Below are positions 48,691-62,800 of a DNA stretch of 64,000 nucleotides, piece after piece. The translations under genes were made by a program, and so were the position numbers. Within the stretch, counting starts at the first letter, position 1. Each line of letters starts with the position of its first letter. A model generated the notes under the pieces. That model was not told the DNA's origin, searched no databases, and saw nothing but the letters and a program-made list of their open reading frames with translations. The DNA lies in NCBI GenBank assembly GCA_051362555.1, contig CM120644.1:18064534-18128533 (forward strand), in the 5' to 3' direction. Source of the DNA: Lingula anatina (taxonomy: Eukaryota > Animalia > Brachiopoda).

Positions 48691-51600
48691 CGAATGCCCA
48701 CTTACCACTCTTGCCGATGCTACGCTATTTGTAGAGCGCAATCCTACGTTTGCTCTCAACTAAGCAGTGATTCACAACGTTATACAGTGGTAAAGACAGA
48801 ACTGGGGACGAAGCCAATTGGCATGGTTTTCCTCATTCATAAGGATGAAATATACCTTTAATTTTGACAGGGAGACTTGAATGTCTATTCGTTTTGTGTT
48901 AATCACCATCTTCATTGCAATCGCCATATGAAAATAAATTTTCCCCTCCCCGCTAACGAGATTTCAGTTAAACCGTCTTTAAGATATATCCCTTGTCTGC
49001 AAATACATCCCTAATTATTACCATAATCTTGAAATAATTGCAACAGAACCAAATGGGCACGTATTTAATGATGATATAATGATCTTAATTAAGATGTCTG
49101 ATATCATCTATAAAAGATCTGTCCGATTTTTCTTTGAATACGGGTTCGCAGAAATTCTCCTTGGATGACACTTCAATAGTGAAACGTTCAGAGGGACATT
49201 GGCACGTTTACACGTGTAACACAATTCCTCTGTCTGGATCCATGCACACATGCGAAATACGGATAAAGCAATGAGTGTTCGGTGTATTTTTCGAAGAAAC
49301 CTCATGAAAACTTCATGTACATACATCAGACTTTACCCAGAGCGGACCTTTTCCCGGTAAAAATGGCGGTTCGTCCCCCCCCCCCCCCCACCCCTCCGGC
49401 GACAGTCCTGTGACTTCAAACAATGCTTTACTGTGTCTGTTCAGTTTGTTAATGAAGCCGTTGGTGGTTATGTTGAATAGCGATGGGATTTTAAATAGCA
49501 GGGTATATATAATGTGTTAAATCTGCATGAACAAACGAAATGCCGTCGTGGTAACGTAATGATCGAGCGAGGTGACAGCGTCTTTTCTTCTTCAAACATA
49601 ATTAGGGAGCTCGGTTATAAAGAAAATGAATTTCCTATGCTTTTTGAACAACAAACATTCTGACATTTTAACCCTCCAACAAGTTAGTCTACCGAGAGAA
49701 AACTCCCTATTTCTGCTGGAATACACTTAAAACTTATGATCAGCTCAAAGTTGACTGAACATACGGCCCAGGAGTGGGAGTAAACCTCTTAATTCGTTGG
49801 CTAAACGGCGCCGTGTAAGTTTAGTTCAAGGCAAACGTTACGTAGTCGGCTCATGTTGTTGCAGTGACGTTATAACGATGAGTTCACCGCCGCATTACCG
49901 GAATTCATGTTAGTTGTAATACAGCGGAAGGAGACATAAAAGACCTTCTGACTGAACAATTATGATCTGTCAACATTCCGCGTTGGTGACATTTGTATTC
50001 CTTGAGACAGGCCAATAGACACGAATCACCCGTCGATCAGGCCCTTTATAGAGATTTATCATTAGAGATAGCTTTGATAAGATTGGCCTTGGGTAAACAG
50101 AGAAAAAACACGAATTGCCAATTATACGATGCTTTGTGTCCTACAATGACTTTGAATGTCTTATTAGATATACATGCACTGCGTTTGCTCATTTCGAAAT
50201 GATCACTTAACCTTGAGCTAGGTTTTTATAACACTGACTTCATGCACGCAGGCACAACACGAGAATTGTTTTTTGTTTAAGATGTTGTTCCTGGAGAACA
50301 CTAAGAAGAGATAATCTTATTGGACAGTGCATATACTGATCTGGTCCTCTAATTGTTTTACATACAAACACTTTGGTACGTAAAATGTGTACGAATAACC
50401 TCCGGAATGCAAACCTCACCTCGCCTGCAAAAAGTAAACCTAATTATAAGTGCAGTCCAACCGCGCGTACCTGTTAGTACGCGAAAGTGAACTAACAGCA
50501 TGCTTATAAATACATACAGATGTGCATACACAGACTACAGATGTGCACACACACACGCATACACACACGCGCACACACGCATTATGGAATCGCGATAAGA
50601 TTTGTTTCAGTTTGAAAATGTACATTTCTGTTCGCGTGTTCTGCTCGCTGTATCAAATATATATACACACAGAATATAGTAAATTTCTACTACATGTACT
50701 CTTGCTTTGTAGTGCTAGAGAACTTAAAAGTTGCGGTTTCTTGGAACTTGCGTGCCGCGCGGGACTATACTTTTAAAGTCGGTCAAAATACAGATCACTT
50801 TTCTATATTCATGTCATTAACTTAAAGAGCACATTGGATGTGGTTAATGACGCAAAGGCGGACTTAGATCAACAGCTGGGGCAATGGGAAGTGATCGCTC
50901 ACTCTAAGTCGAAATATCGGTGAGTTAATGGTCATTTTCGGAGAAGACATTGTATAAAAGCTATTTTAAAGTTATATATCTTAGGACAATTAAGACCAGT
51001 GTGGCACTTGACGAATAGCTGTATTAATTGTCTTAGGTGCATAGTGCGTGTACTATATGGGATTCTCAATTATGCATCATGTATCTATAAACACATAAAA
51101 GAAGGCGCAAATGGGCAAAGCATCTGTTTTAACGAGAAGCATTAATGACTGATCATAATTGGTGCCAAAAATGAGCTCCACATGACAGAATAGTGATAAA
51201 AAGGACACTTCAAATAAAAAACACTGACAAAGGAAACCAGAAAGGACAACGTGGCGCGTTTTCACTTTTGTATTTTTGAAAATAGGTGTTTTCCAAAAGG
51301 ACAAATATTCACAATAACGGTTACACCAAAGCGATCCTGAAATCTTCATAGACAGACGTGAGTAATATAATTCACAAAAATTCATTGGAATTAACAAGTT
51401 TTACCTATCAGATGTTACTTATAAAACAAAATTTTGCATCTTATAATTTATAGAAGACAATAAAAAAATGGAACATATCTGATAATAAAGCTATATACTT
51501 GAGTATACACGAAGCAGGACATGCCTCTTTTCCGTGTGCTTGTTTATTAAACAATGAATTGAACTTTCTGTATTTTCAGATATGTCTGCGGTTATTGGGA

Positions 51601-53360
51601 GAGGTGTGTGACACCACAACACAGACTGTTGTTTCTAATCATAAATTAAATATTGAGCCAAACATCCAATTATCTGAAAATGCTCTGCGTAGGACGCCTT
51701 CTAACAACTATAGAAGGCTATTTGATGTCTGAGGAAAAACCAAGAAAGGCTGAGGTTGGCTTTATCTCACAGACCATTGCTAATTCATACGTCTGATTCT
51801 TGTATAATTCAAAAGTATGCCCGCAATGTGTCAATCTGACTGGTAAATCTCTTCTAAGTGATACATGAATTGGAAAAAACATACATAAACCGGTGAGCTT
51901 ATAAATCCGCGGGGGAAATGTATTCTGAATAAGGCTATTTGAACCAATTGCCCATTCCCCGGAGGAAATTATTTTGCCATTTCTCCAACCCGCCATAAGG
52001 CCGACTATTCTGCCTTTTTTGAAAGGTTTTCTATGGCTGTTGCATTTTCTCCAGTTACCGACGTTGAAATTATATATAAAGATTACGGGAAATTGCCCGA
52101 AACGCAACCAAGCTTTTCTTTTCAATGCCACAGTCAAACACCAAGGTCGAAATGCGCTAAATGAAGAGCGACTGTTTGAATAACGTCAACTTTTTATCAA
52201 TGTGTAACGACGGAAGTACCCGGGGTTTCAGATTATTAACAATGGTTCCGCTCTGTACAGTAATGTGATTCTAGTCAAGTTGATGCCCAGGGTGTCCGGA
52301 TATGCGTTGTCAATCAGTGTCAACAGGTGAACGCCCAAGGGGACAGAGCAAAATAAACGACCCAAGGCGTGCTTACTGGAGGGTGTAATGTTATTTAAAG
52401 AACGAACAGGCAATCAATGCCTTTTATGGTGTCCTTATAAATGTCCCGTTTAGTGTATGTAAACGTACATCTGAATGTACAAATGTAACTACTGATCTAT
52501 CTATATATCTGAAACAAAGTTGACATTTTCTCGCAGGAAATATGTCAAAAAAGTTCAACATTGTAATAGTGAGTTAATCTACACCAAAGCAAAGTTCTAA
52601 AACTGAATCGTAAGGTATTTCGGTCAAGCTTTGGAGACTAATGTTTTCGAAACTGTGTGTCTGTATTGCTGTCACCGAAAAGCATATAAAATATTTTCGG
52701 TACAAGATAATTTCATGTATTTCTTAAGCTCTGGGTTTGTTTCTTATGAACAATTGTGACGGCCTAGATCACATTAGCAGTGTAGTGTTAAAACTAAAGT
52801 AGTAGAGGTATCCATTAAAGAAAATGATGGAAAACACTTAAATAGCGTTTCATGCTCGCTATAAATATGTTGGGAGCATTGTTGTGATGGACACTCCGTA
52901 GTCTTAATGCATCACTTGGCAAAACATTTCTTAATTGGACACAACTTTCGACGTATAATGAGGTGCAAGCCAAAGCGCACGTATCGGCAATCAAAGTACT
53001 CCTCTGCAGTCTCACATGTATGAGTCTTCTTTAAATGAATCAATGTAACAACTAAGAGGCGATGATTTTAATTCCAATTTAAAGTGGAAGCAATAAATGA
53101 CATTACACCTAACAGTAACTACTCCACGCCGTGTCCACGTAAGTACAATTACACATCGCGGGATGCGGAATGTAATTGTTGCTTCACCTCTGAACATAGC
53201 TGACCTGAATTTAATGGTAACTATAAGAAACAATTTGATATTTTCGAGCGGTTAAACGAAAGGAAATCTTTCAAAGGAAAAATCAAATATTCAAGATACA
53301 AATATAACTAACCAGTTTGAAACTCTATTGCGATTAGATATGGGTATCAAGAAGTGACAA

Positions 53361-53465
53361 CCCAGCAAACACAGAACGTTTTATAACGTTACCATAACGT
53401 GGCCATAACGTTTTTTGGTACAATAAACGTTATGGTAACGTTATAATAACGTTGTGTTTGCTGGG
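53361..53465. mobile_element. EnSpm/CMC-like MITE, 105 bp
   Basis: TIR cccagcaaacaca / tgtgtttgctggg (one indel), AA 2-bp flanks, arrays of ataacgtt subterminal motifs. Confidence 0.78.
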
Positions 53466-55141
53466 AAAGACGTTTAACGAGATGGTTGCTGTATGTGAAT
53501 GTAGGCAGAGTAGAAAACGAACTAGAATGACAGCCTCTCATACAACAACTTATTAGAGTGAGTAAGCATCCTTACAGGAATGTACCATATGTACTAACAC
53601 TCAGTAACAGTTGGAAGCATTCCAGTGATTGTACATAGTTATATACCCATGCATAAGTTGTACTCATCTCTTTCGGCTATACATGTGTAACATACCTCAC
53701 TGTGTATGTATGTATGTATGTATGTAGGCGTCTATGAATATAAATTGACCATGGCAAATATATCATGGTTTATGACAAATAGATGTTCATTCCGATGCAC
53801 TTTTATAGTGGCATGCCAACAAAGGGCGGAAAGATGGAACCCTCCTTAGCAAAATATCGCAGCAAATTTGCAGCAAATTTGGCGAACTTCTGCAAACTAA
53901 ATCGCTGCAATATTGCTGCAAAGTTTTCATTTTTCTCAGTTTGTCCTTTGTCGTGAATCCCCACTACCGGAGCCAAAACAGGCATCTTGCGACAACCTCA
54001 TGCGGTGCCAGAAAAGAGGTTATAAAAACTGAAAGCAAATTACCGACAATCAAACTACTTAATTACCCAGGTCATTCGATCTACATGTACGCTGATGATA
54101 TCTATAAAGCATACAGTATAATTAGGGATCATGGGCTAACGGTTTCGAATATTAACATTATATCTCCTGAGGATGATTACGACAAGCTGAGGTCAAATGG
54201 TGTCTAAAAACCATTTTGTGGTTAAGTTATTGAGAAATAAGTTAAATGTTACGATGTACATAAAAAGCATATGAGTAAACCTCGTAAAACCCGATTAATC
54301 TAAATTTGCTAGCAAATTAGACCTCCATACAGTTGAGTAATGTTCAAATCGCTTGCAGTTACTTGAAACGTTTAAATTGTTATAAGGAGTAAATTAACTT
54401 TGTGCTAAATGAATTAACACATGATTTAACAGCACGTGCATGTTTTTGTTATAATTACGCTGTTGGTGGTGTTGGAACATGATGCAATCGGCGTTACTTG
54501 CAGCTTTTGGCCAAACTTTACACTGAAAACGAACTAGAGATTAAAGCCTCATTAACACAAACCGCGTTCTCTTAATCTTAAATTAACAGAATGGATTAAT
54601 GAAACCAACAAACTCAGTTACAGAGAAAAACATATTACCTTGACTTTTTTCCTCCACTTGCACGTATAAGCTTCGACACGTTGTTGGTTGAAATAAGGTA
54701 TTTAGTTTATTTGGAAGCTGTCTGTTTTTTCTGTGATTAATTTATCTCAGCAACGAGGCTCTGTGGTGAGCTGTACCGAAAAACCAACCGAAAAAGTTCT
54801 TGATGTGCACGTAAAAAGGAATCTTTTAAAACGTGTACAACCCAATGTTTGTCCCTGCTCAATGAATTCTGTCAGGCACGGCGATATATGAAAAAACAAG
54901 CGTTCTCAAATGAATGCCAGAACCTTAATTCTGCATGGTTTCTTCCACTCCAAGGTTCTTCTTGAACACAACCAAGAGAAGAGCTGTCTTTTATAACGCT
55001 GCCACACAGACAGAATGCGTTCTCAGATAAATGTCCCACATCGCACTGTCAGTTCTAAAGAGCAAACTGGCCACCTTTCAGAACTTTATACTCATATCAT
55101 CGAACCCTACTCCCTGGAGTTTTCATATGCTCTGAAAGACG

Positions 55142-55238
55142 CAGTTTATAAATGGCCTTTATAAACTGACTCCTTGATTACGCTTTGTTACACAAAGAAA
55201 ACCCTGGTTTCGGAATGACGTCAACAACGCAAGCCAAT
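55142..55238 (-). promoter_or_regulatory. Candidate distal promoter (palindromic TATA pair, CRE, CCAAT)
   Basis: cagtttataaa-tggcc-tttataaactg (55142-55168), TGACGTCA (55216-55223), CCAAT (55234-55238); minus-strand donor aag|gtaata at 54638. Confidence 0.3.
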
Positions 55239-56648
55239 GCATTTTCAAATGAAAATCGGCTATTTAAGACGTAGATATAATGAACCATTAGGAAGCTGTT
55301 TGTTCTTTTCCAATGCAATTAGGTAGCGTGATAAAACATCAATGTAAAAGTTAAAAGAGATCGTGATTATACATAAATGTATGCTGAGTAAATGAACGAA
55401 AAGACCAGCCTGTCACGGAGTTGCCAATAGAAGGAAAACCACACAATAACTTAAGCAAATTGATATTCAATTGGTTTCTGTAGTTTTTGCTTTCTAAAAT
55501 TACAGCTGGCTAATAAAGAGAAATGGAACTTCCAACCTGTCCAAATTTTCAAATCAGAAAACTGCGTTCTACCTACGCTTATAATTTCAAAAGATTGGCA
55601 AGTGAAAATATCATTAATGTGCCATTAACCGCTAGAAACATTGTATGGATGGTAATTACTATAGCCAGAAACACGAGCAGGTGGGATGAGCACTTTGTAA
55701 ATCATTATATTCATCTATGATTGACAAAATATGCACATGCACACCTTGCAGGACGGGAAAAATAATTTAAAAAAATTAACATGAAAGATACCGAATTTTA
55801 ATTATCACGCATCACATTATCTATTCGGACGTTATAAATCACAATACGACGTGTCAATTCCTTGGTTGCCTGTTCTACCGGCCAATTAAGGAGCTACGGT
55901 AAAGTGAAACAGTGAGCGAGTTGAGGTATTGTTGCTGAGCAACAAACAGTATATAAATGCATAAAGCTCACCACCATACACTAATTGTATCATAGGACAG
56001 GTGATTGTGCGTGCTAGGAAGACCTTTCAGCATCATTTGTCGTGATGGTTTTGGAGAAAACAGTTTCTGAATTTAAACTCCATAATGAAAGGTCAATGCA
56101 CGCTTACTGTAGCACATTGCAGGCCTTGGTCCTCAATCATCCAAGTTAAAATTAATCCTATTAAGTATATAAAACGACGAATTGTGTCAAAACCAATTAT
56201 TTTAAGCCGCCGTGCAATAAAGCAACCTTTATTCTTGTGCAGCTGTGACTTACAATAGCTGTTGCCTGAAATAAACTTTTACTGCCAGCGTGATATAGAC
56301 TTGGAGACATTAATTATGTACAGAGTCGGGTATACACAGAGTCTGTTGTTGAAAACATTTCTTCCAGATGTAATTTATCACTATTTATACATGTATTATC
56401 AGCGCTTCAAACACCTGCGGCTGAATTTGCATGGTCACATCAAAAACACTGCTTATCTTAAATATTCACCCCTTTTCAACAGCAAACGTGGTGAAGCAAG
56501 GCTGCCAGTTGCCTTTGTCTTCTTTATTGAACGTAAGTTGCAGGGAGCAATTCATCAAGGAAAACATTTCAAAATTACACATGGGGGGTATCAGATATTA
56601 ACTTTGCATTCTTGTTTTTGAAGGAACAGTGCAACCGCTTTCAAGGTC

Positions 56649-56694
<46 letters not shown>
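56649..56694. repeat. (TTA)n microsatellite
   Basis: Directly visible. Confidence 0.95.
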
Positions 56695-57912
56695 CTTAAA
56701 GCACTTTAAGATGGGTTTATTTTCCTATATCGATAAACGAACAGGGTGCAGCATTTAAAAAATCACATTTTTCCGGGTTTGAAGGACAATGAACTTCATA
56801 TAAAAGCATACACTTTCTTACCTATTTCAAATGGATGCACATCGTGCAGGAATATATGTACCCACCTTTGCCTGTACAATAAGTATTGGACGCATTTTGG
56901 CAGTCGATCTACTTTGAGTGCTCACCAATCAACGGTCAATGTAAAAGCTTTGAATAATAAGGTGATTTGAATAATCAGTTGACGTGCAATGTTCGCGTAA
57001 CACAACGAGTCGAAATTCTGCTTCTGTTTGAAGCAGTTTTCTTTCCTGTTACAACATCATTAAATAACGCGTGTTCAGTGCAAGTATACTGTGTATGTTC
57101 ACGAGTTATACAGGAAAACAAATAACCAGACACGCTTCCGTGTAAGATAGCACTTGTCTTTATAAGTCTTGAAAGACTTACTTGTACATAATTTATATAC
57201 AAGTAAATCTTTCAAGATTTATAAAGCCAGAATACCAGTAAATATCCAGTAACATATCTATATAATGTAATAAAGTAAGTAGCAATTGCCTTTATCTTCC
57301 GAGGAATAATGAAACGAAACCCTGTGGTATATTTCTCTAAGTTATGCTGTTTGAAACAATATGGTGGCATATGGTCAGGTTTTGTCGCAATAATTCGACA
57401 TGAGAAGTCGCTTAATTAAAATCCATATTTAACTCAGTTGAAAAAAATTTATCACAGAAGAAGACTATTGAATTTGAAGATGGACACTTGGACAAATGCT
57501 AAATGTGGTGAGCGGCAAAACCCGAAAAAGTACTACATATAGTGCAAAGACATCATGGTAATTTTGTTACGACCTAGCAACGGACGACTAACTTTTACTG
57601 CACCAATATGAGATCATGTTGGGCCATTTTAAAACACACATTTCGACCTTTAAAGTGAATAAAGTTTTCTTAAAACAGCTAGGGCCCTGGACCTAGGTCC
57701 CGCCCTGAATACCCAGACGAGGTCAAAGGGCCAGCGGGTACACAGAGAAGTCACGGGAGTTAATTGGTGCTCATGCAATGCCTAAAACGCCGTGAAATGC
57801 GACGTGATCCCGCTGACATGAACTGGGATAAAATGGAGCACAATTTGAATGGATGACGTCACAAGACCACAAAAGCGGAAAAGGAATCGAATTAAGCCTT
57901 TGCTGTCGAACA

Positions 57913-58055
57913 ATGTAAGTGCATTTCTTGAAATTACTACCGTTTTCATTTGGTGCAGAATGTCTCCGAACAGTTTCAGGCAAACGATGTAAGTGCATTT
58001 CTTGAAATTACTGCCGTTTTCATTTGGTGCGATTGGTCCAAACAGTTTCAGTCAA
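57913..58055. repeat. ~75-bp tandem duplication, 2 copies
   Basis: atgtaagtgcatttcttgaaattact..cgttttcatttggtgc...aacagtttcag occurs twice. Confidence 0.88.
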
Positions 58056-59519
58056 TTAAAAAAAAATTATAAAGGGAACTGTCTTTTGGATTTATCAGAA
58101 TACGTTAAGGAGCGTGTAATAAAAGCCAGGGTTTTAACAGACGGGCGAACGAACGAAACAATATCCGCTTGACTCGTTCAGTTCGGTTGCATTTATTTAT
58201 GAAAGCAAATTAAATTTATATTCGTGCGGCTGAATATGGCCCCGGTATTTTGAAAATATCCACTTCAGTACTACATTTTCGTAACGCATTTTTATCTACA
58301 TTGTAGATTTCAAGGTACTGTATCCCCTACCTACAGGTATGGTTAAGATATAATGGTAAAGCGGCTAAATGGTGCCATTTTCTTTATCTATCCGTTTCTG
58401 TTAAAACCATCTCCTAAAATTATGTTCAAAGAATTTCAACATTTTAACTTTTACAATGACGTAACTTTTTAGACAAAATACCAATAAGGCAGTGGCAAAA
58501 GTCCTAGTATCTGTTGGATAACTTTAATTCTATAAAGGCACACCTAAATAAATCTAGCACATCTATCTAAATAAGTTACAATAAAATTGATATAAACTAA
58601 CGCACAATGCATTGACATACTCAGGTTACGTTACAATTAGTGCTGTTAAAAAATAAACTGCCACCCTTTCTTCATGTTTATATATAACTTGAGCCAACCA
58701 CAGTATTCCCATTGCGGAAATAAATAAGATACTAGAGGACTGTTGTGATATTTTGGCATAACATAAAGTACAAACGTATAGAATATCGAAACATCTGCCG
58801 AAGGGTACCTGTTGAGGCGTTAAGGGTTTGAACGCATTACTCCATTTCTCTTGATGAGGGCACAGTTTAAGAGCGCTCAGTGAAGCGCGCGGGTGCTGAA
58901 CCCATTAATCTCTCCGTCGTGAAGAGACAGTCGTTTGTCAGAACGGCCGTTTGAAGCGAAAGTGAAGACGCTTGAAAGTTCCGACCATCCAAAATAAGCA
59001 TTAAGTATTTACTTACGCTACCAGAGGTAGCGATTGTTATTCAGAGTTCTGGGATCCTTTCAAATCACCATGTGGCCCCAACACACGAATAATTGCAAAG
59101 ACACTTGATTGTCCATATGCGTGGCCCCTGTATTAATATAGCCATTCCGTGAATGGATATTAATAAATTCAGAGGTCAATTTTCAGCAGATGGAGGCATT
59201 AATTTGATACAAGGCATGCGGTATGTGCGGTTATAGTGCGCATCTACTTTCAAAAGAAGTTCTCGTTATAACGCATAGTGTAAATTGAGGTGATGATCTC
59301 GCCAATGTCAAAATACAAACAACATTTTTGCACCTCAGAGCTGTTTTGGTGCACATTTTGGAATCTTTGATTGTGTTAAAGGAACCAACAGAGAGAATTC
59401 GGATAATTTTAATTGAGTGACCCTTGATATACTACTAAATTAATACCAAACAGTTTGAGAATTAGTTTGGGTGAATGAGCTTAAGGAGAGCGATGTCCAG
59501 TGCGCGAAAGGGCAGTTAA

Positions 59520-59841
59520 AGGGATAATAACTCTTCCTTTCGGCCAAAAAATGAATTTTCCTGGAGTAAACAACAACCAATGGTTAATGAATCCATTTTT
59601 ACATTCAAAGTTAGTCCCTGTTTTTTTCTAAAAAGTTTGGTTTTTTGTTAAAATCTCTAAAGAGATTTTAACAGAGTATAGCCATCAATGGAGGTCACGT
59701 GGTCTAAAGACAAGCTCAGATATCAGAATAATAGCTATAACTGCCACTTTTGTGGTAAAACAGAATATATAATATTTATATGAGTTGTTCACAATGTTTT
59801 TATTGTGAAATATAGATATCATACGAAGAGTTATTATCCCT
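59520..59841. mobile_element. Kolobok-like MITE, 322 bp
   Basis: Perfect 17-bp TIR AGGGATAATAACTCTTC flanked by TTAA on both sides; TTAA TSD with purine-purine termini is the Kolobok signature. Confidence 0.8.
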
Positions 59842-62800
59842 TTAATATCAGGATACACGGAACCAACTTAATCTGATAATGAAAAAAAAAAAAACAAGTC
59901 TTGAAGCCATGTATTTCACTGCAAGTTTAAGAGATGTTGGTGCAAAACTTTAATACCTTCAGCGCTGTATAATTTGAAACTAATTTGTTGAGAAAAAGGG
60001 AAAGTAGTTTGCTAAATAAAACCTAACTTTCGTGTATTGAGGTATTCCACCACATTCAAGAACTAGCCATGTGGATGGAGCCAGGTACTGAATATCAGAC
60101 GCATTTGATATGACTCAACTAAGAAAAAAAACTTGAAACAATTCAACTTAAAACAATCTTGAAAACAATTCAACTAAAATAAAGACTGAAACAATTCAAC
60201 TAAAATTCTGTTAGAGAATTTATGCTAAAATCTTCGTCTTAGCTTCCCTGGCGAAGGATGAAAAGGAAATAACAAAAAAAGAACTAAAGTCAGGTTCTTT
60301 GACAAAGAACTTTAAAATTACCAACGTTGCATGGTCACATGCGCATATCTTATCCTATCAGAAACAATGTTACAGCACTCTCAGAGGCATCCTAGTCAAC
60401 TAAACCAGGGAACTGACTAAAGATTTTTATGAAACTTGGTCCAGGCTAATGGTGGTGACAAAACAGATAAACAGCCCATTGTAAGTAATTTCTCAATTAA
60501 TAACATACAAAGGAAATCTATAAAGCCCAACGAGCTAGGCATGACCTTCACCACCATTGCTTCCTTCGCCTTTTGTTATTATCACTATACAAAGACGGTA
60601 TTTGCATACTTTCATAAGAACTCTCAGAGATTATCAAGTTATCAAAGCGGACATCCTTTGCTCATCAATCTGGGGTGTCAACTCCTTTGGTGGTGTAATT
60701 GATCTCTTACATAAGATGTCTCTGATTAAAAAAAACGAAAACACCAATAAATCAATCAGCACTGGCAGATGTCCCGGTAGACAACAACGGTTGTTCTCGC
60801 TTGTATGCGCAATCGCAATGTTGTTATCATCGTGTTGTTTTAGAAAATGTAAACAGGAAAAAAAAAAAAAAGAAAGACTAGTATATTAAATAGTATCTTA
60901 GATAAAGAACTCACATATGCACATGCATGTTCTTGTTGGGAACAGCGCCATTTCTCGTCACCCTTGTTGTAACGTATAAAAAAAGTAATATTACCATCAA
61001 GGATGATTTTCTACTCTAACCAATTTCAAGAAAACTGGACGTGTTTAGCACCCAATTTCATTGCGCCCTCCTACTGTATGTGCGCTAATAAAACATCAAA
61101 ATAGCTGTCAAAAGCTTTGATGTAAACTGAAAAGCATAAAGGATCTCTTTTTTCTAAAAAAAAAAAAACAAAAAAAAAACAAAAAAAAAAAAACAAAGAC
61201 TCCCACGACAATTACAACAGCAGTGAAAAACAACTGCAATACTATCAACGGCAAACAACAACAATACAGGAGTGACATATCCTATACCACTAGCATATGA
61301 GCTAATATAACTGCAAAGATATATGAATACCAAAATATATCAGGGACGTAGTCCATCATGTATTGGAAACAACAAACTCGTAAAAGACCACAACATGTAC
61401 ACGTAGAAGCGTATTACAGACTGTTCAGAGCAGATATCTTTCATTTAATTTTGGTCTTCAGAAATAGTCTTCTAAGTGCTTATACTAATCTTTAATATTG
61501 ACTGCTGCTTTAAATCGCTCGAAGTTAAATGTTACGTCCATGAAATAGTTCCCGAAACAAAGACAGAAATTCTGTGCTTCAATACTGAAACACACAGTCA
61601 TTCTGAAACGCTTTCATTTTACCATTAACTCCCCAAAGTGTAACGAAACTCAAGTGCTGCACTGAAAGACCATTAAACAAACTTAATAACGACAAACCTA
61701 CCTTACGTCGAACCTACTTTTTTCAAAATAGACGAAAACAAGTTCACATAGACCGTTCATTAATCTTTCTATAACATAACGATGCAATAGAACGTGCTTT
61801 GAAAAAAAGGGGGTTTTGACCGCACTACCTTAGTCAAAATCCCATTTGCAAACATCGATCGACTGGGACTTTGCAATTTTTTTTACAACAAAGTCCGCAA
61901 CTTTATAAAACTGTTATTGTTTTAACAAACCACATTTTATTATTGAAGAAAACATCATCTGTGACTTTGATGATGGGGAGATGATATGTACGAAGTGTGC
62001 AATGTGAACAAACGACTTTAACCTGCAATTTGAAGTCTGCATCAAAACAGCACCACTGTATATCTTGTACTATACAAGAAAAGCAGTGCTCCAAAGTTCT
62101 AAAGGCATTTAGTGCTAATGCTTTAAGAGAAAAAGACCAAAAATCAGTCGAAAAATTCACAGAAAGGTTTTCTAGGACACGAAATGACCTTAAAGACCTT
62201 AGACACAATTAACACAACCCTATGGGTAATTATCCGCCTAACCTCACTTCAATTTCAAATTAAGGCTCACATTCTCGTAAATGAGCGCGAGGTCTCCAAT
62301 AACCGCTGTGCAAGACGCGACAGTGTGCAATTGTATAGCGATACACCGTCATTATTCCGCGTATTGTAGCGGGGCTTTATTGCCGTATTCACGAAGCCAG
62401 ATTCAATACAATACAAGATGGTGGAGCTAATATAATGTCTGATCCTACTGTGTCCTAAGCTAAATGCTCCAGCGCATTTGTGACTGGTTTTAAGAGAACG
62501 AACCGAAGAATGGTTGACCAACGCAGTTTTTACGAAACAGGTTCCCAGCTGGGTCTTACAGAAATGCGGGTTTTTTTGGTCGAAAATTGATTACATTATA
62601 CCTTGCAGACACCATGGTCCGTAGCAGTGCATTTGTTATTTATGTTCAGATTTGTGAGGGGGTGGATGTGGAAGCGATTTGTTAGGACAAATTTTCTGAT
62701 ATATCCACTTAAATACTTTTTTTCAGGAATAGGTTCTATTGAAAACGGCGTAGGCACAAGTGTTTATGAAAAAATGAGGTTTTATTCCACGCAATAGTAA

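Noticed and set aside
51718-52137. 139-aa minus-strand ORF
   Set aside because: No recognisable domain, splice context or coding bias
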